Made by a program: the position numbers and the translations under genes | Assembly (NCBI RefSeq): GCF_004010195.1 | Contig: NC_057758.1 | Location: 7,395,426-7,415,425, forward strand | DNA from: Chiloscyllium plagiosum | Lineage: Eukaryota | Direction: 5' to 3' | Length of the DNA: 20,000 bases | In this document: one piece after another, positions 9,830 to 20,000 of the stretch | Position numbering within the stretch: position 1 is the stretch's first letter | How the letters are laid out: each line of letters starts with the position of its first letter | Notes under the pieces: model-generated | The model's input: only the letters and a program-made list of their open reading frames with translations | What the model was told of the DNA's origin: nothing | The model's database searches: none

Positions 9830-10790
9830 CTATGTCTGAATCACTTCCTCCCTCAGGCTCCTCTGATCTAAGAAAAAAACACCTCACACTGTTTAACCTC
9901 TTCAAATAACTGAAACAACCAGGTCCGGAAACATCCTGGAAAATCTCCTCTCCAGTGTTATTGCATCCCTCCCTTTAATGTGGATTCCAGAACTGCACAT
10001 GATACTCCAGCTGTTACCTGAACTGTTTTATCCTGTTGCAGCATCATCTCCCTACTCTTAAACTCTATGCCTCCACTAATAAACCCAAGTGGACCACATG
10101 TATTCTTAACCACGTTATTCACCTGTCCTGGTACCTTAAGGGTGTCCACCCGATCGTCAATACTTCTCTGGTCCAACTTTCAATCATGTACATTCCTGCT
10201 TTGTTTTCCCTGCCCCAAAACATCAGCTCACATTTATCTCGATTGAATTCCATTTGCCACTGATAGTCCATCTGACCAGCCAGTTTCTACCCTCTTGTAA
10301 TCTATGGTGATCTGTCTCAATATTTGCCTCTGCATCAACTCTGTACTTCGTGAATTTACTGACCATCTGTCCTACATTCAAGTCGAAATTATTGATGTCA
10401 CTCACAAACAGCAGGGATCATGGGATCCCACTGGACGCAGACTTCCAGGCACAAAGACAGCTCTCAAACAATGCCCTCTGCTTCCTGCTTCGCAGCCAAC
10501 TGTGAATTTAGTTCTCCAAATTGCTTTGGCTCTTTGGGCTCTTACGTTTCCTATCAGTCTCCCATATGGGACCTTTTCGAGAGCCAGGCTGACGCCCAAT
10601 AGACAACATCAAAAGCATTACCGTTGTTGAAACACCTGGTCACCTTTTTGAAAAAAACACAATGATGTTGGTCTGACATGACCCCCCTCTAATGAAATCA
10701 TGCTGACTGTTCCAGGTTCAACCCTGTATCTCCAAATGAAAATTAAATGTGTTCCTCTGAATTCCTTCCAATAGTGACTCCACCACCAAG
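9830..10790 (-). mobile_element. Highly decayed CR1-type LINE RT fragment
   Basis: SLALEKVPYGRL (cf. SKAFDKVPHGRL), INNFDLNVGQMVSKF (cf. INDLD..ISKFADD) and LKVPGQVNNVVKNTCGPLGFISGGIEFKSREMMLQ. Confidence 0.8.
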
Positions 10791-10799
10791 TTTAAACAT

Positions 10800-10986
10800 T
10801 TTCTCTCTACATGCCTCTCTCTGTCTGCATCTCTCTCACACACTCGCTACCTCATTCACTGTCTCTGATTCATCTCTCTATTAACACCTCTCTATCTACT
10901 CCTCTCTCTGTCATTTTCTCTAACCCTTTCAAACTGTCTCTTGCTGGCTCTTTCCCAGTTTCTCTCTCTCTCCCTCAATTTACGCG

Positions 10987-11035
<49 letters not shown>

Positions 11036-11200
11036 NNNNNNNNNNNNNNNNNNNNNNNNNNNNNNNNNNNNNNNNNNNNNNNNNNNNNNNNNNNNNNNNN
11101 NNNNNNNNNNNNNNNNNNNNNNNNNNNNNNNNNNNNNNNNNNNNNNGTCTGTCAGTCTCGCTCTCATTCTCGCTCTCTATCTAACCTCTCTCTGTCTCTG
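10800..11200. repeat. CT-rich low complexity with (CT)n(AT)n microsatellite flanking a 111-N gap (11036-11146)
   Basis: Seen directly. Confidence 0.9.
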
Positions 11201-12054
11201 TGTCAGACTGTCCTTACCTCACCAGTTTTCACTGCCATCCCCTTTTCCTGCTTTCACACGCTGGCACACAGCCTGACTCAGGAATCGTCTCGAGTCCAAC
11301 CGTCCCCCACTCCAGGCCGGAACTACAGTTTTCTTCCACTCCCACCCTCTGTCCCCGGCCTCTCTCGGCCTGAGGCATGGCCGACACATCAAATCTTACC
11401 TCAAAGACAGCATCCACCAGGCCATGAGCACTGCGAGCTGGGATGGGGGTGCAGCTGCAGCAACACTGGAGAAGTTCAAGGGCAAAGCAGCCTCTCCCAG
11501 TGTATGTGGTCACTGTGTGTTAGGTACACGGTCCTTCCCCACAGCGCCCAACCACGGGACTGGGTATCTTGGCGCAGTTCTGCCTCGCGTTTGGGATTGC
11601 TGGCCTGGAGAAATGGCGCATATTTCTGAATCGTGTGGATAGAGACGTCAGTATATCTTCTCTGACTCAGTGACCTGGGGATAGAGAGTCCAGGTCAGTC
11701 ACTGGCCACACACTAACTCCCTCTCCAGCAATTTCTGCCGATTACGGCTGGTTCCCAGTAGCTGGTTACAGACTGTCCATTGTCCTGGAACTGGGGGCTG
11801 GCATTGGAGTTTTGGTGGATTCTCCATGCATTGAATGCACAGGTTTACTCAATCATTGCTTCATCACTGGCCTGAGATTATTGCTGAGTCAGAAAGCAGC
11901 TCCCCGCTGAACTGGTTGCTGCTCACCTCCTCCTCCTCAGAGATTACTCAACTACGTCTTCCACCACAAACATCAGGGCCAGCATTTGCATTGGTGGAGC
12001 TGCATCGAAATCTCATTATTCTCCATCTCTGTCGACCAAACCATAATCCTGGCC

Positions 12055-15000
12055 AACAATGCAGCACTCCCACAGCATTGACCCTCCAACAGTGTGACAC
12101 TCCCTCAGCACTGAGAGTCCAACAGTGCGGCGCTCCCACAGCACTGACCCTCTGAAAGTGCGCCGCTCCCTCAGCAATTAGACACCAACAGTGCGGCACT
12201 CCCTTAGCTCTGACCCTCCGACAGTGTCCGATCCATCAGCACTGACCCTCTGACAATGCGCCGCTCCCTCAGCACTGACCCTCCAACAGTGCAGCACTCC
12301 CTCAGCACTGAATCCAAAAGTGCGGCACTGCCTCAGCACTGACACTCCAATAGTGCGGCACTCCCTCAGTACTGATCCTCCAGCTGTGCGGCACTCCCTC
12401 AGCACTGACTCTCTGAGAGTGCGATATTCCCGCAGCACCGCCCCCTCCAACAGTGCCCCCTTTCAACAGGACTGACCCTCAGACAGTGCTCATTCCAACA
12501 GCACTGAACTTCAGCATGTCTGGAGCTCCTTCAGCACTGACCCGACACGAGTGCCGACTCCCTCAGCGCTGACGCTCTGATAGTGCCCACTCTCTCATCA
12601 CTGACACTCCGACAATGCGCCGCTCCCTCAGCACTTAGACTCCAACTGTGTGGCACTCCCTCAGCAATGACCGTCCGACAGTGTCTGCTCCATTAGCCGT
12701 GACATTCCAACAGTGTCCACTCCCTCAGCACCATCAATTCAACAGTGCGGTTATCCTTCAGCACTGACAGTATGATAGTGCGCCGCTCCCCAGCACTGAT
12801 CCTCCGAGAGTACAGCACTCCCTCAGCACTGACCTTCCAACAGTGCGGCACTCTCTCAGCATTGACCCTCTGACAGTATGGCACTCCCTCAGCACTGACC
12901 TTGCAATAGTGCAGCACTCCCTCAGCACAGACCGTCCAACAGTGCGGCACTCTCTCAGCATTGACCCTCTGACAGTGCGGCACTCCCTCAGCACTGACCT
13001 TGCAATAGTGCAGCACTCCCTCAGCACAGACCGTCCGACACTGCGACACACCCACAACACTGACTCTCTGAAGGTGCAGCACTCCCTCAGCATTGACCCT
13101 CTGACAGTTAGATGCTCAATTAGCACCTACATTCCGACGGTTTGGCACTTCCTCAGCACTGACACTACAATAATGCAACATTCCCACAGCGCTGCCCCCT
13201 CCAACAATGCCCCCCTCCAACAGGACTGACCCTCAGACAGTGCCCAATCCAACAGCTCTGAACTTCAGCAAGTCTGGAACTCCTTCAGCACTGACCGCTT
13301 GATAGTGCTCACTCCCTCAGCATTGACCCACTGATCGTGCCCACTCCATCAGCACTGACCCTCCGACAGGTCCCACTCCTTCAGCACTGACTCTCCAAAA
13401 GTGCCACCTCCCTCAGCACTGACCCTTTGACACTGCAGCGCTCCCTCAGCACTGACAGTCCGACAGTGTTGTATTCCCTCAGCACTGACCCTGTGACAGT
13501 GCAGCAATGCCTCAGCACTATCCCCCGACAGTACGGCACTCCCGCAGCACTGACACTCAAACAGTGCATCACTGCCTCAGCACTGACCCTCCGACAGTGC
13601 AGCACACCCTCATCACTGATACCCTGACAGTGCGGCACCCCTTCAGCACTGACCCTCTAATAGTGCGGCACTCGGCAGCACTGATCCCCGACACTGCGGC
13701 ACACCCTCAGCAATGATCCTCCAACAGTGCTGCACTTCCTCAGTACTGACCCTCCAACTGTGCCCACACCCTCAGCACTATATCTCTGACATGCACAATC
13801 CATCAGCACTGACACTCTGACAGTAAGTCATTCCCTCAGAACTGACACTCCAATAGTGCCCCCCCCCCCCCAGCACTGACCCTTCGACATTGCGGCGCTC
13901 CCTCAGGACTATCCCTCTGACATGCGGCACTCCCTCAACACTGATCCTAGGACAGAATGTCACTCCCACATCACTGGCCCTCCCATAATGTGGCACTCCC
14001 TCAGCACTGACCCTCTGACAGTGCAGCACTCCCTCAGTACTGACCCTCCAACAATGCGGTACTCCCTCAGTACTGTCCCTCCAACTGTGCCCACTCCCTC
14101 AGCAATGTCACTTCAACAGTGCAGCTCTCCCTCATCATTGACCCTCTGATGGTGCAGCATTCCCTCAGTACTGACTCTCTGATAGTTCGGTGTTCCCTTA
14201 TCACTGACACTCTGACAGTGTGGCACTCTCTCAGCACTGACCCTCCAACAGTGCAGCATTCCCTCAGCACAGACCGGCGACACTGCGACACACCCTCAAC
14301 ACTGACACTCTTGAAGGGCAGCACTCCCTCAGCACTGACCCTCTGACAGTGCGGTGCTCCCTTAGCACCTACACTCCGACGGTCTGGCCCTCCCTCAGCA
14401 CTGACACTACAATAGTGCAACATTCCCACAGCACTGCCCCCTCCAACAATGACCCATTCCAACAGGACTACCCTCCCACAGTGCTCATTCCAACAGCACT
14501 GAACTTCAGCAAGTCTGGAGCTCCTTCAGCACTGAGCCTCTGATAGTGCTCACCTCCTCCCCCCCCTCCCCCGCCGACAGTTCCCACTCCTTCAGCCCTG
14601 AGCCTCGAATAGTGCTACCTCCCTCAGCACTGACTCTTTGACAGTGCGGTGCTCCCTTAGAACCTACGGTCCGAAGGTCTGGCATTCGCTCAGCACTGAC
14701 ACTCCAACAGTGTGGCACTCCCTCAGCACTGACCATCTGACAGTGCGGCACTCCCTCAGCACTGACCCGCTGTCAGTACGGCACTCGCTCAGCACTATCC
14801 CTCTGACATGCGTCACTTCCTTACCACTGACTCTCTGACAGTGCACCATTCCCTCAGCACCATCATCCTGACATGCGGAACTCCCTCAGCACTGACCCTC
14901 TGAGAGTGTGGCACTCCCTCAGCACTTTCCCCCTGACAGTGCGGCACTCCCTTAGCACTGACACTCAAACAATGCATCACTCCCTCAGCACTGACCCTCC

Positions 15001-15605
15001 AAGAGTGCGGCACACCCCCATCACTGATACTCTGACAATGCGGCACTCCTTCAGCACTGACCCTCCAACAGTGTGGCACTCTGGCAGCACTGACCCTCTG
15101 ACACTGCGGCACACCCTCAGCTATGATCCTCCAACAGTGCTGCACTCCCTCAGTACTGACTCTCCAACGTGCCCACTCCCTCAGCACTATCCGTCTGACA
15201 TGTGGCACTCCGTCGGCACTGACAGTCTGACAGTAAGTCACTCCCTCAGCACTGACACTGACTGTGCGGCACTCCCTCAGCACTGACACTCCAACAGTGC
15301 CCACTCCCTGAGCACTGACCCTCAGACATTGCGAAGCTCATCAGCACTATCCATATGACATGCGGCACTCCTTTAGCACTGATCCTAGGACAGCATGACA
15401 CTCCCACATCACTGACCCTCTAATAATGTTGTACTCCCTCAGCACTGTCCCTCCAACAGCGCGACTTTGCCTCAGCACTGACTCTCCGACAGTGGCCACT
15501 CCCTCTGTGCTAACTCTCCCACAGTATGGTACTCCGTCAGCACTGACCCCGCAACAGTGCAGCGCTCCCTAAGCACTGACCCTCTGATAGAACGCTCTGA
15601 CAGAG
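12055..15605. repeat. 33-bp tandem satellite (consensus acagtgcggcactccctcagcactgaccctccg), roughly 105 units
   Basis: Continuous 33-bp periodicity with diverged units. Each unit has the internal inverted repeat CAGTGC...GCACTG. Confidence 0.97.
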
Positions 15606-18108
15606 TGGCGTTCTCTCAATTACTGTGTCACATCCCTGTAAATATTCTAGAAATGTTGGAGCAGGAGGTGTCGGTTCTGTTGATGTGTGTGTTTGTAGGG
15701 GGCAGAGATCGGATCCAGTCAGTGATATGCAGAAAATCCACTTCTCTCCCATTCACTCTGATCTGAGCGGAGAAACGATTTGCTCCCTGATCCCGAACGC
15801 ACGGGAATGCTCGAGCACCTAGAGAAGATCATTTTCGAAAAGCTCTGTGTGTGTCGACGTGGTGCTAGTCATTGTGTGTTGATCTGACTTGTGTATTACC
15901 GAGTGTTCAGTAACTGGGACAGACGGAGCTTCATAACTGAACATTACCATCTCACGGAGGCTTGAGTGCAGAGTGGATCACACTTTCATGTGCAAAACTG
16001 ATGATTCTTCCTGACAGACAGCAAGATTAAGAAACAGAATGAATCCCACTTTCAATATATAACCAGACACTAAGTTCCACAGTTCCAGAGATTCGTGAAT
16101 CTGACAGTGAGAGTTGAGGAGAAACTGAGAGGTTCTTGGTCACATGCAGTACTCGGCACTGGATAATACAGAAGGAATTCACTATTCTCTTACATCGTTG
16201 GAGATTGAGACAATGTATCAAACACAGGACGTTTGCACAAACGTCAATCAACAATCATTGAAATAATGTCTGAATTACTGTTTATTTTGTATAAAACCGG
16301 TCAGTCAAGAAGGAAACCACCATCAAACGATATTAAAACAGGAACTTCATTAAACAACATGTGCCTTGAACTCGCCTCCACCTTTATCATTCCCTAAATG
16401 ACCTGTCCTAGATCATCACAATTCATTTGCATGCAACGTTTTCTAGTCTGTAAATGTCATCATTCAAGATTGTGAGGGCAATTATTGGCCAGAATTAAGG
16501 ACTGTAACACAGTTGGTCCAATTTATATTTACTCTCAGTAACATAGAAACAGGACAAAGTATAATTTGAGCATGGTTTCTGGCTTATGTTTGCAATTTAT
16601 TGATGGGAATTGCTTCGAGAAACAACAGACGATTCGAGAAACAATACAAGACTCGTTCCATGAGTGGTAATTTTATGTGTAGCTTGTAATGACGATGACG
16701 ATGAAAATAGGTTTCTGTCAGATTTCTGCCAGAACAGGCTTAACGGTATCTGAAATAACCCAATGACAAATAGCAATGAAAGCTAATGGCTAGACTGCAG
16801 GTTTCACAGATACTAAAACTTGTACACGGCTCCGCTGTGCTATAAAAGAAGAATACCAAAGAATGAGAAAATGTCGAAATGATGGAGTGTCGAAGCAGAT
16901 TCTGTGTTATATTCGTGGAAAAGGTATCCTCAGGGAAACAGCTGCATCTTGCAATTGTGCTGTTTGAAGATGCATCCTCAGATCATCAGCATGGGATCTC
17001 TGAATTCAATGACGTTTCTACAAGGACACTTGTTGCTACTTTCATTCAGAAACAAATATATTCATATTATCTTCACTGTCTTTTTAGATTCCAGTTCTGT
17101 ACACCTATCTCTCCCAGTCTGGTTAGTGCTTAGACCCTGCACAGACCCTGCACGCCCTCGGACAAGACCCAATGCACAAATATCGAAAGCACTCCAGGAC
17201 CATTATCGCGTTTTGACCATTTTTCCAGCAATTTGTGCAATTGCTGAAACGTCCTCTGTCTGCAACTCACCAGCATGTGATACTTTGGGGTGATTTCATG
17301 TGGGAGAATTGGAATCCTGCACTGAACCCTCCGCTCAGGACACTTTACCATTTGGAAGAAATGCTAAGTGAACCACTTCCTCCCGCATTGTGCACAATTC
17401 TCACTGTCAACCAATTCCCAGATATCATTATTCAACCCTATGTATGTAAGCTTGTAATGAATCACTCTATGGATTAACTTCCCCCATACACCCACCCTCT
17501 CAGTATTCAAAAGACGTAAAGCCAATACTGAGGGCCGTGTTCAAGTGAAGGATATCCAGTGATATTTGGATAACTGCTTTATCAGGATCTGAATGTATAA
17601 CTACACGACCAGTCCTCACTTTCTCCCTGTATCAATGGCAATAAGATGATGAATAAAGTTCAACGCCCAGTTGATCCTTTCTTTGTTGAATCATTTAGCC
17701 TTGTCTAACAGAAAACTATGTTGTTGATTGCCATGTGAGTAATAGTATCCTGCAGCACACAAGCTTAACCAATCGTTTTTCTTCCTCGTACGCACATTAC
17801 AAACGAGATTGCAGGACGGGTGTTATCTCGAGGCCTTGTCCTCTTAGCTCTAGGATGTTCGAATTTTCCTACTCTTTTGCCATTAACCAGACAAGTTGAC
17901 ATAGGATGTGCCTTGCTGCTGTTGTGGATTTGGGTTATGCCTGCTCATTTCTTTCAGGCCTGCAGAAAGTTTCTGTTTGACCTGGTGCCACTTTTCTTTA
18001 TAAGTTTCTCTGTTACGCCATGCGGATTGGTCACGACACTTAAATACGTCTTGCTTCTCGGTTTTCTTTCCAATCGATGTTCTGCCAGCCACTCTTTCAA
18101 TTCGCATC

Positions 18109-19015
18109 TCATAATTTCAGCAGCTCTGACTTGTTTCTTTTTGAAGTTATTTTCATAATTAATGTAACCGGATATTTCACCATGCTCTTCAACTGTTCTC
18201 TGAACTTGGACTGTGTCACAATATAAATTAATGTGTTTGTGCTGCAAGTTAAATTTCGCAACATATATCCAACTTTCTTAAATGAATATTCAGAATTGTC
18301 ATCGAAAAGTTCATTAACATTAAAAATGAACAAAATATACGGAAACCACAACAGTATAAAACTGCTCGATATGGTGAGGAGTAAAATCACAGAATTCCAT
18401 CTGCTCTCCATCTCTGGATCATTCTGTCCCTTGCTATGACCCTTCAGTCCCTTACGGACTCGACTAGCCACTAATATATGCCTTACTATCAGAGCATTCA
18501 GCAACAGAATTAAACCAAATGGTAACAATGGCGTGAAAACCTTATCAACCATTCTAAATCCAGTCCATCTCGGGTCAGTGAAATAGCTTCGTTTATTAGA
18601 ACAATACAGAGGAACATTGTTTATTATTCGTTTAGGCTTAAATCGAAAGCAAATGGGAATGTTTTTAAACTAAAAAATATACTAACTTTTGCAAGAACTA
18701 CTTTTGCAGTTTTCCAGGTGCAATATTTAGATTTAAGCCTCTCGCAAGAAATTGCAATAAATCGATCAAATGTAAAAGCGACAGTGAACCAAACTGAACA
18801 GTCCATTGCTAACCGCGCCAGGAGGTAGTTAACCTTACAAACAGCAGTGAGTTTCAGGAGAGGAAATGGGAAATAGTACCAATTGATTCGGAAAAGCATG
18901 ACCTCAGTGATAATCGTCAGTAGATCCGCCATTGCCATGGCCACCAGGTAACGAGTAGTGCAGTGGGAGATCCCATACTTGCCCTGGGATAGGATCACAA
19001 TTTCCACGAGTTTTG
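18109..19015 (-). pseudogene. GPR139-like: GPR139-like class A GPCR (shark-expanded type), main coding exon with a 1-nt frameshift at 18662-18666
   Basis: Acceptor tttctgttacag precedes 19015. TM2 RYLVAMAMADLL, TM3 DCSVWFTVAFTFDRFIAISC, then after the frameshift LKNIP...NVPLYC...TPLLPFGLILLLNALIVRHILVASRVRK...DPEMESR..SVILLLTISSSFILLWFPY...CSTNTLIYIVTQSKFREQL. ORFs 18624-19007 and 18109-18552 are two halves of one receptor. Exon 1 was not seen in the window. Confidence 0.88.
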
Positions 19016-19261
19016 CTGTAACAGAAAGTAGGCAGAAATGTGCTTAATTTTGCTTATATTCGTATGGAGATAGTAAGCACTGAGATTTGGTTGGAAACAT
19101 GGACATCCGCCCTTTCCATTGGTTTAAACCAAAACTAAACCAGGGCAATTAATTGTGGCTGCATTTACTTTTTTTTTCATAACGTGGAACTGGTGATTTG
19201 AACGAATCTATTGATATGAAGGTCTTAGTATTCTTATGTCCAAAGAATCATTGAATAAGTA

Positions 19262-19418
19262 TGGAGGCTTCTTGGCACATCAAGGCTGAGCTGACCCTCG
19301 GAAGAATATACCATCTGGAGCACCAATCCCCATAAACTCACGAGAATTTCCTATGCCAATCTGGTAATCTCGCTATTCCCATGGCAAATTCATCGAGCAT
19401 GCACGACCCTGAACACTG
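19262..19418 (-). mobile_element. Possible old HE1-like SINE tail fragment
   Basis: accctcggaagaatatacca and catggcaaattcatcgagcatgcac resemble the SINE at 7928-8212 (atcctccgaagagtaaccca; atgaccaattcacctgacctgcac). Confidence 0.35.
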
Positions 19419-19686
19419 AGGCTCACTAGTTAGCACTGCTGTCTCACAGCACCATGTCAGGTCACAGCAGATAATCTTGAGTGCAGACAATGATCCAATC
19501 ATCTGAGCAGATCCTACCTTGCAGAAAGTTTTTCGTTTCCAACTTCCTCATTCAAGTCTGTTCTCTGTGGTTAGCACAGCACCAGAGACCCGGGTTTGAT
19601 TCCAACCTCGGCCGACTGTCTGCGTGGACTTTGCACATTATCCCCGTGTCTGTATGGGTTTCCGCTGGGTGTTCCGGTTTCCTCCT
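19419..19686 (+). mobile_element. HE1-like SINE 5' fragments (head at 19419-19455; head plus body at 19567-19686)
   Basis: ggctcactagttagcactgctgtctcacagcacca; gtggttagcacagcaccagagacccgggtttgattccaacctcggccgactgtctgcgtggactttgcacattatccccgtgtctg...ccggtttcctcc. Confidence 0.8.
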
Positions 19687-20000
19687 GGGGCTGAGTTGAG
19701 TATGGTTGCCATTACGAAAGAGATAGTGCTAGAAAAGTTAAAAAGTCTTAAAATTGATAAATCTCCTGGCCCCGATGGGATACACCCTAGAGTTCTGAGA
19801 GAGGTGGCTGAGGAAATAGCAGAGGCATTGGTTGAGATCTTTCAAGAGTCACTGGAGTCAGGAAAGGTCCCGGATGATTGGAAGATGGCTGTTGTAACCC
19901 CCTTGTTCAAGAAAGGATCAAGGCAAAAGATGGAAAATTATAGGCCAATCAGCTTAACCTCAGTTGTTGGTAAAATTCTAGAATCCATCATTAAGGATAA
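19687..20000 (+). mobile_element. Young CR1-type LINE ORF2 fragment (RT N-terminus), open frame running off the window end
   Basis: GAELSMVAITKEIVLEKLKSLKIDKSPGPDGIHPRVLREVAEEIAEALVEIFQESLESGKVPDDWKMAVVTPLFKKGSRQKMENYRPISLTSVVGKILESIIKD with no stops. Confidence 0.93.

Noticed and set aside
10811..11629. 272-aa ORF
   Set aside because: Built from CT/AT microsatellite sequence and a 111-N gap.
12178..15304. Many ORFs with 11-aa periodicity (VLRECRTV, HSLSTDPL)
   Set aside because: Artefacts of a 33-bp (triplet-multiple) satellite, open in several frames on both strands.
12055..15605. CRISPR-like array of ~33-bp palindromic repeats
   Set aside because: Units are contiguous with no unique spacers, are diverged, have no cas genes nearby, and sit in a vertebrate context.
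16755..16790. Minus-strand AFIAICH resembling the GPCR DRFIAIC motif
   Set aside because: No surrounding TM2, TM3 or TM4 similarity; likely chance.
19325..19370. Possible GPCR exon 1 donor (ttctc|gtgagt on the minus strand)
   Set aside because: The upstream sequence does not encode the expected hydrophobic TM1 start and overlaps a SINE-like remnant.

Overview
Eukaryotic, repeat-rich DNA, very probably from a cartilaginous fish (shark). The evidence for this is HE1-type SINEs, CR1 LINEs, Penelope-like elements, a 33-bp satellite and a shark-type GPR139-like receptor. The window holds two decayed Penelope-like elements with hammerhead-like ends, five CR1 fragments, HE1 SINE pieces and two tRNA pseudogenes (Ser-GCT, Ile-AAT). 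It also holds a ~40-bp G/T-rich minisatellite, a 379-bp tandem duplication, a 3.5-kb 33-bp satellite with higher-order structure and two assembly gaps. The only recognisable host gene is the main coding exon of a GPR139-like GPCR with a 1-nt frameshift. The least explained part is ~3870-5575, which reads like a decayed protein-coding sequence of unknown family (possibly an endogenous viral element). All family assignments come from motif recognition and recalled consensus sequences, not from database searches.
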